From the NCBI RefSeq assembly GCF_003966335.1, contig NZ_CP034549.1, positions 1,770,001 to 1,802,000 of the forward strand: a stretch of 32,000 bases of DNA, read 5' to 3'. Shown here one piece after another: positions 5,746 to 13,846 of the stretch. The notes beneath the pieces are model-generated. The model was not told the DNA's origin. It did not search any database and saw nothing but the letters and a program-made list of their open reading frames with translations. The stretch's first letter is position 1. Every line of letters begins with the position of its first letter. The translations under genes were made by a program, and so were the position numbers. Source of the DNA: Nonlabens ponticola. GTDB lineage: Bacteria; Bacteroidota; Bacteroidia; Flavobacteriales; Flavobacteriaceae.

Positions 5746-6565
5746 CGATTTTAGGCAGTTAATGACCATTAAAAGGTATGCGCCCAACACTATTGATTCT
5801 TATCGTGGTTTACTCATTGCCTTTCAAAAATTCCTAGGGCATGATCATCCTATCGACGAGTTGCAGGATCGTCAAATAAAAGAGGCAGTAAGCGAGGTAG
5901 TCGTAGCAAAGTCTCTTGCCGTTGCCACGCAAAAGCAACTACTGTCTGCACTAAAACTCTATTTTAAAGAGATGCACAGACGCGATCTTGACTTTTATAG
6001 CGTCTATCCTAGAGTAAAGCCTAGACCTATTCCAGTGATTTTGAGCACGCAGGAAGTAGGAGCAATTTTATCGCATACCAAAAACTTGAAACATAAAGCC
6101 ATGCTAACGCTAATTTATGCGTTGGGATTACGCAGCGGCGAGCTCATCAATCTCAAAATCAGCGACATCGACAAACATCGCAAGCTGGTACACATTAAAA
6201 GTTCCAAAAACAAAAAGGATCGTATCATTCCTTTTCCTGATGGTCTGGGCGAGCTTTTAAATAAGTACTACAAGGAATACCAACCTACGGAATTCTTATT
6301 CAACGGCCAGTCCACAAATCAGTACCACGCGCAAAGCCTGCGCAAGGTGTTCCACAAATCGTGTAAGCTTGCTGGAATCAACAAGAAAGTTACACTGCAC
6401 AGTTTGCGCCACGCCTATGCCACGCACCTCATGGATGCAGGAACTGATTTGCGTGTCATTAAGGAATTGCTGGGTCACAACAGTATCAAGACAACATTGA
6501 TCTACACGCATGTAACCAATAAAACGCTTCAACACTTGCCCAATCCGCTGGATTTTATCAAATAA
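5732..6565 (+). CDS. Tyrosine site-specific recombinase, XerC/XerD-like, lacking the IntI-specific insertion
   Basis: 277 aa. N-terminal SAM-like core-binding region (YAPNTIDSYRGLL, ATQKQLLSALKLYF). Catalytic signature LGLRSGE (Arg I), HSLRHAYATH (His-x-x-Arg), LLGHNSIKTTLIYTHV (His, Tyr). About 60 aa separate KKDR from LRH. Confidence 0.9.
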   Translation: MQTFDDFRQLMTIKRYAPNTIDSYRGLLIAFQKFLGHDHPIDELQDRQIKEAVSEVVVAKSLAVATQKQLLSALKLYFKEMHRRDLDFYSVYPRVKPRPIPVILSTQEVGAILSHTKNLKHKAMLTLIYALGLRSGELINLKISDIDKHRKLVHIKSSKNKKDRIIPFPDGLGELLNKYYKEYQPTEFLFNGQSTNQYHAQSLRKVFHKSCKLAGINKKVTLHSLRHAYATHLMDAGTDLRVIKELLGHNSIKTTLIYTHVTNKTLQHLPNPLDFIK

Positions 6566-6614
6566 CTCACCGATCAAATTCATATTTGATATAAACTATT
6601 TCCACTTAATCAAA

Positions 6615-6642
6615 AAAGCCGATTCCATTAAGAATCGGCTTT
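6615..6642. terminator. Hairpin between convergent genes (probable bidirectional terminator)
   Basis: AAAGCCGATTC / GAATCGGCTTT 11-bp stem with a 6-nt loop. An A-run on the left gives a T-run for the minus-strand transcript. Confidence 0.6.
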
Positions 6643-6666
6643 GATAAATTAGAAAATAGCTATAAA

Positions 6667-7974
6667 CTATTTTTGTCGCTCGTATTTACTCATGTAGCGC
6701 TCGTATAAATCTTTTTGCCTGGTGTCCAGCGAGATGTCACGGCCGTCGATAAAGGCGCGAGTCAATTTATTGGTACGCATGTCCAACGCATTGCCCTGTG
6801 ATATGAATAGGGTAGCGCTCTTACCTTCTTCCAGCGAGCCATAATCAGCGTCTATGCCTAGGATCTTGGCAGGATTGAGCGTTATCATCATCAAGGCTTG
6901 TTCCGCATCCACGCCATGGCCAGTGAGCGTTCCTGCATAGAATGGCACGTTGCGCACCTGGTGACGCTCCATACTACCAGAATTCTCCAACGCAACGGTG
7001 ACTCCAGCATCTGCTAGGATTTTTGGAAACTTGTACGGCATGTCAAAGTCGGCGTCCTCACGTGCCGGTAAGTTATGTACACGACCTGCGAGTACGGGAA
7101 CTCCAGCGGCCGCAATGTCACCAGCTATTTCCTGTGCACCACGAGCTCCTACCAGTACTAGGTTTTTTACATTGTTAGCTTTCGCGAAAGCTAACACATC
7201 AACAATCGCCTTCTCACCAGATACATGCATGTACAAGTTTGCATTGCCGTCCAGAACACGTCGCATCGCCTCCATTTTCAAGTCCTTGTCTGCTGGATTG
7301 TCTGTAGATTTATAAGCGACCGCTTGACGCATAAAGTCGCGCAGTGCCTCAATGTCCTCATCATAATCCTTGCTAGGCTCGATAGGCCCGTAATTAGGCC
7401 ACGATCCCGATCTACGGAAGCTGGCAGGCCAGTTCACATGAATACCATCATCCATGCGCACGGCAGCATCTTCCCAGTTCCACGCGTCTAGTTGCACCAC
7501 GCTGGACTGTCCAGAGATGCGACCACCACGCGGTACCGTTTGAGCGATCAATATACCATTGGGCCTCATGGTTTCTACCACGCGAGACTCTGCATTGTAA
7601 GCAATTATACTACGTATATGCGGATTAAAAACTCCCAACTCGCGCTGGTCGTCACTGGCATTTACGGCATCAACTTCTACCAATCCTAGCGTAGTGTTGG
7701 CAGCAATAAAGCCAGGATACACGTGCATTCCTGTGGCATCAATAACCTCACCTTTGGGTGCCATTCTTACCGTGGTAGCATCTGCAATGGCGGTGACTTT
7801 CCCGTTTTCTATAACAATGACTGAATTTTCAATTACCTCGCCATTACCTATATGAGCGGTACCATTCATAATGGTGTAAGCTCCAGTCTGTGGTGCGGCT
7901 GGCATTTGTTGGGCTAGGGCAGTGGTGCCTAGCATCGCCAGTACTATATATAATATGTTTTTCATGTCTTTCAT
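6667..7974 (-). CDS. Amidohydrolase-family protein, exported (HxH motif absent)
   Basis: Start trimmed to MKDMKNILYIVLAMLGTTALAQQ (ATG at 7974; alternative at 7965). Amidohydrolase-like N-terminal beta-sandwich pattern VIENGKV...VIDATGMHVYPGF. The expected HxH position reads ANTTLG. Confidence 0.8.
   Translation of the reverse strand: MKDMKNILYIVLAMLGTTALAQQMPAAPQTGAYTIMNGTAHIGNGEVIENSVIVIENGKVTAIADATTVRMAPKGEVIDATGMHVYPGFIAANTTLGLVEVDAVNASDDQRELGVFNPHIRSIIAYNAESRVVETMRPNGILIAQTVPRGGRISGQSSVVQLDAWNWEDAAVRMDDGIHVNWPASFRRSGSWPNYGPIEPSKDYDEDIEALRDFMRQAVAYKSTDNPADKDLKMEAMRRVLDGNANLYMHVSGEKAIVDVLAFAKANNVKNLVLVGARGAQEIAGDIAAAGVPVLAGRVHNLPAREDADFDMPYKFPKILADAGVTVALENSGSMERHQVRNVPFYAGTLTGHGVDAEQALMMITLNPAKILGIDADYGSLEEGKSATLFISQGNALDMRTNKLTRAFIDGRDISLDTRQKDLYERYMSKYERQK
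7174..7195. repeat. Iterated palindrome copy 1 (core GCTTTCGCGAAAGC 7178-7191, extended to a 22-bp perfect palindrome GTTAGCTTTCGCGAAAGCTAAC)
   Basis: Read directly. Inside the 453-aa amidohydrolase, encodes LAFAKAN. Confidence 0.95.
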
Positions 7975-7975
7975 T

Positions 7976-10954
7976 TTACCAGTGTAGCGTTTCACATTCA
8001 TACAAGGTCTTGGTGGATTGTTTGGCAAGCTGCGTTTTCAAGCCTTTGTTTTTTGCCATAATCATTTCGTTTGTCAACTGTTGACGTTCCTTTTTTATGC
8101 TTTCGCGAAAGCTAACATCACGAGATTTCTCAAAGAACACAATACCATCTACCAGGGTATATTCCGGGATCGCCTTGATGTCTAGCGGATTGTGGTTCCA
8201 CAAAACGATATCTGCATCTTTACCTTCCTTGATGCTACCTACACGGTCGTCGATATGCAGCAGTTTTGCAGGATTGAGTGTGACAAACTTCCAGGCTTCT
8301 TCCTCGCTCACGCCACCGTATTTTACAGCCTTGGCAGCTTCCTGGTTCAAGCGTCGTGACATTTCTGCATCATCACTGTTAAACGCGGTAAGAACGCCTT
8401 GTGAATGCATGATGGCACCATTGTAAGGTATGGCGTCGTTCACTTCATACTTGTAAGCCCACCAGTCGCTAAAGGTTGATCCACCAGCGCCGTGTTCTCT
8501 CATCTTATCAGCCACCTTGTAACCTTCTAGAATATGCGTGAATGTGTTGAGTGTGAAACCGTATTTCTCGGCCACCTTCATCATCATGTTGATCTCGCTC
8601 TGTACATAAGAGTGGCAGGTCACATAGCGCTCGCCGTTGAGAATCTCAACCAGCGTTTCCATCTCCTCATCATAACGGAAGTTGTTATCGCCTCTAGACT
8701 TGTCATATTCCTGCGCACGTGTAAAGTAATCTTCAAAAACCTGCTCGACACCCATGCGCGTTTGCGGGAAACGTATGCCGTTCTGGTATCTGGACTGCTT
8801 CACGTTCTCACCCAGCGCAAACTTGATAAACTTAGGTGAATTGTCATAGATCATCTCCTGCGGGCTATAACCCCATTTAAGCTTGATGATCGCACTACGG
8901 CCACCAATGGGATTGGCACTACCGTGCAGCAGTTGCGAAGTCGTAACGCCACCAGCAAGATCACGGTAGATGTTGATGTCCTCGTGATCAACAACGTCCT
9001 CGATGGTAACCTCGGCAGTACTGTTATGTCCAGCCTCATTTACACCTTGATCAATGGCGATGTGCGAGTGCTCATCAATAATACCACTAGTTAGGTGCAT
9101 GCCGCTGGCATCAACCACTCTAGCGCCACCAGCGCTCAGGTTTTTACCTACTTTAGAAATCTTACCGTTCTTGACCAGTACATCGGTATTCTCAAGAATA
9201 CCAGCATCTTCATTAGTCCATACGGTCGCGTTTTTAAATAGGATGGTTTCTGCTTTGAGTTTTGTTTTAGAGCCGTAAGCCACATTAGGATAGGTCATGT
9301 TGCCTAGATCGGTGATCATTTCTTGATCGGCTTCATCCTCTTTATCGTCATCGTCTTTTTCATCTTCTGCTTTCTTATCGGCTTGTTTTCTAGCGACAAA
9401 GGATCTTTCAATCCCATTAGGTAAGTAAACCTTTCCTTTCAACATCTGCGGATTACTCTCGGTCAATTTCATGCTCCAGCGCGTGTAGGTTTTATCATCA
9501 GCGTCCTTTTGGGATGTCGTGATGGTAATCCAGTCGTCGTTGCGCACGATCTTGCTGCCTAATTTTGTGCTGTCCAGCATGACTTTAACCGTCTTTGCAT
9601 CGCCGCTGATAGCCAATTCATATGTGTCGCCGTTTACTATGGCTTCATAAGTTCCATCCACGTTGAGTAAACCACGATCTTTCAACACATGCTTGGATCC
9701 TTGAACCCAATTTTCATAAACATCAGTGTCTTTTTCAAAAAGCTCGCCACTGGTAACGATAAAGTTTGCGTGCTTTCCTTTTTCCAAGGTTCCAATAGAA
9801 GAACTCAAGTTAAGCAATGCTGCTGGTGTGGTTGTTAGTGCAGCTAGTGCTTGATCTGCGGTCAATCCATATTGCATGGCACGCATCAATTTTGCATGAA
9901 GCTCGTCAGGTGATTTTAAACCATGTGTAGTAATACTGTATTTCACGCCAGCATCGGCCAATTTTTTAGGATTAGCAGGTGCTTGTTTCCACTCACGCAT
10001 GTCAGCGAGATTCACGTACCATTCTTGGTAAGGGTCAGTCACGTCATAAGCATCTGGGAAATTGATCGGTAAAATTAGTTGTGCATTGGTAGCTTTAATG
10101 GCATCCACCATCTCTAGCGCATCTTCACCACCTACAATGACAAATTGCTTGCCTACGCGATCACCGACCTTATCTGCTCTTAATACATTTTTCTTATTTC
10201 CAGCTTCTATGTATTGAACCAGGTTCTTATTGGCATTCAATGCCTCTAGTGAGCGGTCTTTGGTTTTGGAATTGCCAGCGGCATACCAGTCTGCATCAAA
10301 GTGTGATTGACGTAACAAAGCCATAGTTCCCATAAGCGAAGTAGGATAGGACTGGTTCGTCTGTCTACTACGGTCAAATGAGAAAAACTGACCACTCTTA
10401 TTATTCAGGATACGTTGCGAGTCGTCACCATTATTATTTAGCGCGACAACCATACCAGTACCACGAGCGATACCGTCGTGTAAGTGCGTTTGTACCACAC
10501 CATAACCAGCTTTCATCATGCTTTCGGCTTTCTTTGAGTCGTACTCGTAAAAGTCGATGGCATCCTGCTCGGCACGTATGTGGTCGTTCCAGTAAAAACC
10601 TTGTCGACCTTCATCGTATTGTTGACCGCGTGACTCATTCTTAGGAACCGTCATTCCAAAGTCTGCATAGGTCTCAATGAACGATGGGTAAATAAAAGTG
10701 CCGGTAGCATCTTCTACTACGGCATTTTTAGGAATCTTAATGTTGCGACCTACGTCCACAATTTTGCCGTCCTTAATCAGGATCGAGGCGTTTTCTAACT
10801 TCTTTCCCGGACTCGTGATGATAGTCGCACCAGTCAAGGCACGCATCGACTTACTCACTGCCGATATATCATCATTATTGGGAAAGTATTCTTGGCCTTG
10901 CGCGGTCATCGCCGCCATCGCCAGAATGGAAAAAAGTATTTTTTTCATATACAT
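7976..10954 (-). CDS. Large two-module amidohydrolase-family protein, exported
   Basis: 992 aa with signal-like N-terminus (MKKILFSILAMAAMTAQGQ; ATG at 10954 or 10948). N-terminal module IKDGKIVDVG...VEDATGTFIYPSF lacks HxH. C-terminal module VKNGKISKVG...VDASGMHLTSGIIDEHSHIA has it. Confidence 0.85.
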   Translation of the reverse strand: MYMKKILFSILAMAAMTAQGQEYFPNNDDISAVSKSMRALTGATIITSPGKKLENASILIKDGKIVDVGRNIKIPKNAVVEDATGTFIYPSFIETYADFGMTVPKNESRGQQYDEGRQGFYWNDHIRAEQDAIDFYEYDSKKAESMMKAGYGVVQTHLHDGIARGTGMVVALNNNGDDSQRILNNKSGQFFSFDRSRQTNQSYPTSLMGTMALLRQSHFDADWYAAGNSKTKDRSLEALNANKNLVQYIEAGNKKNVLRADKVGDRVGKQFVIVGGEDALEMVDAIKATNAQLILPINFPDAYDVTDPYQEWYVNLADMREWKQAPANPKKLADAGVKYSITTHGLKSPDELHAKLMRAMQYGLTADQALAALTTTPAALLNLSSSIGTLEKGKHANFIVTSGELFEKDTDVYENWVQGSKHVLKDRGLLNVDGTYEAIVNGDTYELAISGDAKTVKVMLDSTKLGSKIVRNDDWITITTSQKDADDKTYTRWSMKLTESNPQMLKGKVYLPNGIERSFVARKQADKKAEDEKDDDDKEDEADQEMITDLGNMTYPNVAYGSKTKLKAETILFKNATVWTNEDAGILENTDVLVKNGKISKVGKNLSAGGARVVDASGMHLTSGIIDEHSHIAIDQGVNEAGHNSTAEVTIEDVVDHEDINIYRDLAGGVTTSQLLHGSANPIGGRSAIIKLKWGYSPQEMIYDNSPKFIKFALGENVKQSRYQNGIRFPQTRMGVEQVFEDYFTRAQEYDKSRGDNNFRYDEEMETLVEILNGERYVTCHSYVQSEINMMMKVAEKYGFTLNTFTHILEGYKVADKMREHGAGGSTFSDWWAYKYEVNDAIPYNGAIMHSQGVLTAFNSDDAEMSRRLNQEAAKAVKYGGVSEEEAWKFVTLNPAKLLHIDDRVGSIKEGKDADIVLWNHNPLDIKAIPEYTLVDGIVFFEKSRDVSFRESIKKERQQLTNEMIMAKNKGLKTQLAKQSTKTLYECETLHW
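8099..8112. repeat. Iterated palindrome copy 2 (GCTTTCGCGAAAGC)
   Basis: Read directly. Inside the 992-aa amidohydrolase in a different frame (SFRES). Confidence 0.95.
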
Positions 10955-11013
10955 GGTGGTTTAAAGACCTTAAAGATAGGAATAAGGAAATAGTGATAAC
11001 AGCAAGATTAGCA

Positions 11014-12120
11014 CTACTTATAATGATTAACTAACAATGCCACCACATAAGAATAGGTGCGCATACCATCAGGCTGGTTGTTTGCTTTGAGATAGGTGTT
11101 GTAGGTAGCCTGAGATGCTTGCTCGATAATGTTATTATCGTATGGTGCCCAAAAATCTCGCAGTTCTTGCCAGTTTTTAAAAACACCTCGCTTAATGTCA
11201 GGTTTTAATTCTTCATATAGAGCTGGATCGCGTCGGTACAAATCGTTAAGACAGTATTTCAATGCAAAAATACTCGCGCTGTATTGGAAATACAGGTCCT
11301 CATGATTCATGCCAGTGATGACGGCTATGAAATTGGCCTCGTTTTCCTTGGCAAACCCTAATTGGTGAGACATCTCATGCAAAATGAGTACTGGCGTCTT
11401 AAAGTTATTGATGTTACCGTTGGTATGTGCCTCGCCGGTAATGGGATTGAGGTAACCGCTATAACCCATATAGGTAAGCGGCCATGTAAGGAGCGATCTC
11501 TTGATACTAGGTTGTCCATAATCCAGCTGCGGATATACGCTTGCGATTCTTTCAAAACCGCTTGGAGCCAAATCAAATAGTTCTTCCTGAGAGCGATCAA
11601 AAGCCACAGCCAGCGTATCATTTTGCTGCAATTGACTGTGTAGCATATTACTGGTTGCAATCAATTGCTGCGATACTTGCTGTAATTCTGCCGTGGTATA
11701 ATCTGCATCTATATTTAATACCTTATTCAGTGGCTGGCGGTAATAATTAAAACCCCAAGCCAGGTGAAAGAACAGCAATAGGATATTTGCAGTCAGGAAT
11801 AGTTGCGTGTACCGCTTTCTTGCCTGCCGATAGGCACGGCGCGACTCCTGCATTGAGCGTAGTCGAAGTGGCGCAATAAGTTCCCATCGATAAACTATCA
11901 ACCAGCGCAGCATCAATAGTCCACCGACTACATAAACAACATCGCCAAAAGAAAACGGCAGCCATCCTAAACCTATGCGCATGGCGCGAGCTATATACGG
12001 ATAGATGCCGGTGCTGTAGTAGGTTTCTATGAAATTTGGGAATGACCTTAGGATACGGTAGCCTATAATTTGAATCGCAAGCGATGTAAAGGACAAGATA
12101 AGTACCCAGCTTTTCTTCAT
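11014..12120 (-). CDS. DUF3810-like membrane protein, putative zinc metallopeptidase
   Basis: 368 aa. Hydrophobic N-terminal segments. HExxH motif in ILHEMSHQLGF. Family assignment from memory of DUF3810 architecture. Confidence 0.7.
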   Translation of the reverse strand: MKKSWVLILSFTSLAIQIIGYRILRSFPNFIETYYSTGIYPYIARAMRIGLGWLPFSFGDVVYVVGGLLMLRWLIVYRWELIAPLRLRSMQESRRAYRQARKRYTQLFLTANILLLFFHLAWGFNYYRQPLNKVLNIDADYTTAELQQVSQQLIATSNMLHSQLQQNDTLAVAFDRSQEELFDLAPSGFERIASVYPQLDYGQPSIKRSLLTWPLTYMGYSGYLNPITGEAHTNGNINNFKTPVLILHEMSHQLGFAKENEANFIAVITGMNHEDLYFQYSASIFALKYCLNDLYRRDPALYEELKPDIKRGVFKNWQELRDFWAPYDNNIIEQASQATYNTYLKANNQPDGMRTYSYVVALLVNHYK

Positions 12121-12199
12121 GACGCTAATCTATTAATAGGATTTTACAAACTAGGTATTGTGGTGACTTTTTCCCGACCTTTGATCAAAATAACATCCT

Positions 12200-13372
12200 A
12201 TGAATATCGTCCTTGCCGACTTTAATCTACACACGCCGTTATTGCCTTTCACCTATACGCGACCAACATCGCACATACGTTGCGGTATATTGACCATGGC
12301 TCAACGATGGGAAAAAATGCTGGACGCAACAGCTAGCTATTTGACGCAGGATTATCTGCAAACCAAATACCAGCTTGAGGAAACCGATGATAACCTTGTA
12401 GTGGCTGGACATATCTTTGCTACTGAGAAACTCGCCAAAGCAATTCTCAATCTAGAGCTAGGTCAAAAACTCATGGGTGGTAATCATGTCATCGCTTATA
12501 GAGCCAGTAAGATCCATACACCAACTATCGAGCTCACTCAAGTGCTTTTTACAGATGAAGAAGTCGATGGAATTTTTAATACTTGGGATATCTTTTCAAA
12601 AAATGGTAAAGCACTACAAGCAGATTTTGAACTGATCACCGCTGGCAGAAAAAGCCAACCCATTCCAGAAACGGTACAGACTGTCAATCCAGAAAACATT
12701 TTTATTGAGGAAGGCGCAAAACTGCAATTTGCCATACTCAATGCATCGACTGGTCCGATTTATATTGGCAAAAATGCCGAGGTCATGGAAGGCAGCATCA
12801 TACGCGGTGGTTTTGCACTATGTGAACACAGCGCTACAAAACTAGGAACTAAGGTCTATGGCCCGACGACGGTAGGCCCACATTCCAAAATTGGCGGTGA
12901 GGTCAACAATAGCGTCATCTTTGGTTATTCAAACAAAGGTCATGAAGGCTTCCTAGGCAACAGCGTACTAGGCGAGTGGTGTAACATCGGTGCAGATTCT
13001 AACACCAGCAATCTCAAAAACAATTATGCCGAGGTCAAATTGTGGAATTATGAAACAGGTAGGTTTGCAAAAACTGGTTTACAATTCTGTGGGCTCATGC
13101 TAGGCGATCACTCAAAATGTGGCATTAATACCATGTTCAATACAGGAACCGTAGTTGGTGTAAGTGCCAATATTTACGGTGCTGGCTACCCGCGCAATTT
13201 CATTCCATCCTTTAATTGGGGTGGCCCGCAAGGAAACATGGTTTACAAGACAGATAAGGCCTATGAAGTGGCAGATGTCGTGATGAAACGCCGTGGCTTA
13301 TCGTTGCAGCAAGAAGATAAAGATATTCTCGACGCAGTTTTTGAGCGTACCAGACAGTATCGCAAGGCTTAA
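12200..13372 (+). CDS. GlmU-family / hexapeptide-repeat putative sugar nucleotidyltransferase
   Basis: 390 aa. The C-terminal half has left-handed beta-helix-like hexapeptide periodicity (IGKNAEV, IIRGGF, VGPHSKIGGEV, VIFGYS, LGNSVLGEWCNIGA). Confidence 0.7.
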   Translation: MNIVLADFNLHTPLLPFTYTRPTSHIRCGILTMAQRWEKMLDATASYLTQDYLQTKYQLEETDDNLVVAGHIFATEKLAKAILNLELGQKLMGGNHVIAYRASKIHTPTIELTQVLFTDEEVDGIFNTWDIFSKNGKALQADFELITAGRKSQPIPETVQTVNPENIFIEEGAKLQFAILNASTGPIYIGKNAEVMEGSIIRGGFALCEHSATKLGTKVYGPTTVGPHSKIGGEVNNSVIFGYSNKGHEGFLGNSVLGEWCNIGADSNTSNLKNNYAEVKLWNYETGRFAKTGLQFCGLMLGDHSKCGINTMFNTGTVVGVSANIYGAGYPRNFIPSFNWGGPQGNMVYKTDKAYEVADVVMKRRGLSLQQEDKDILDAVFERTRQYRKA

Positions 13373-13776
13373 TCTACCTTCTCATAACGTTCTGCACAGG
13401 CTTCCATACACTGATAGCGTACTTCAAGGATCTTACCATTAAGTTCAAAAGCTGCGATACAGCCGCCTTTATTGAAGCTCTTGGTGGTCATGTCTAGTTC
13501 GGCTGTTTTGCCAGCGGTAAAAAAGTTGCCCACACAAACGTTCTCGTTGGATACAACGGTACCTTCCTTTTTAAAAGTCAAGGTCTTATCGCTATCTGTT
13601 TCTTGAAATTTAGCACTGCCATTACCAGGATCTGCAAGAGAATGAGTGATTCTCCAGGTACCATAAATAGGCGATTTTGATTCGGTAGTATTTGATCCAC
13701 AGGAGACAAAAAGTAGGGCAACTGCGATGATAGTTAGGGCTTTCAACGTGAGTAATTTAAGGTTAAGATACATCAT
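13369..13776 (-). CDS. Small lipoprotein of unknown function
   Basis: 135 aa. Lipobox-like LLFVSCGS after a hydrophobic leader. Confidence 0.65.
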   Translation of the reverse strand: MMYLNLKLLTLKALTIIAVALLFVSCGSNTTESKSPIYGTWRITHSLADPGNGSAKFQETDSDKTLTFKKEGTVVSNENVCVGNFFTAGKTAELDMTTKSFNKGGCIAAFELNGKILEVRYQCMEACAERYEKVD

Positions 13777-13846
13777 TTATCGATATCAGGTCATTTTACA
13801 TTTTCAATCATACTTTGCTATCTTTCCTGTTTATCAATTTATAAGC

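Larger units (their letters stand above)
1..6565. mobile_element. Integron-like platform: Xer-type tyrosine recombinase, attI-like half-site and an array of >=6 complete promoterless cassettes on the minus strand; the array continues beyond the left window edge
   Basis: Six 127-128 bp hairpin repeats, one per intergenic gap, plus a terminal half copy next to a divergent recombinase. Unit lengths (ACAAC to next ACAAC) are 755, 939, 1654, 548, 741 and 923 bp. Repeat flanks are complementary across cassettes. All cassette ORFs are co-oriented. Confidence 0.8.

Noticed and set aside
5732-6565. The recombinase as part of a prophage, ICE or transposon
   Set aside because: There are no phage, conjugation or transposase genes on either side. 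The right flank is a terminator followed by core-like genes, and the left flank is the cassette array.
8073-8085. 13-bp palindrome GTCAACTGTTGAC just upstream of palindrome copy 2
   Set aside because: It is a single occurrence inside a CDS, short enough to arise by chance, and unrelated in sequence to the iterated 14-mer.
13369-13372. Convergent genes sharing overlapping stop codons (TTAA) with no terminator between them
   Set aside because: The overlap is real, but it is a common compact-genome arrangement and has no evident functional implication.
13553-13559. Isolated ACAACGG heptamers at 13553-13559 and 16649-16655 as extra recombination half-sites
   Set aside because: Only the 7-mer matches, with no arm or flank similarity. 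About three such hits are expected by chance in about 52 kb of two-strand sequence.
13727-13846. Long N-terminal extensions in the ORF track (13727 for the metalloprotease, 25375 for katG, 8028 for the amidohydrolase, 18899 for the serine hydrolase, 18891 for the 215-aa protein)
   Set aside because: In each case an internal ATG is followed at once by a typical signal peptide or the conserved family N-terminus. The extensions overlap neighbouring genes or intergenic AT-rich DNA.
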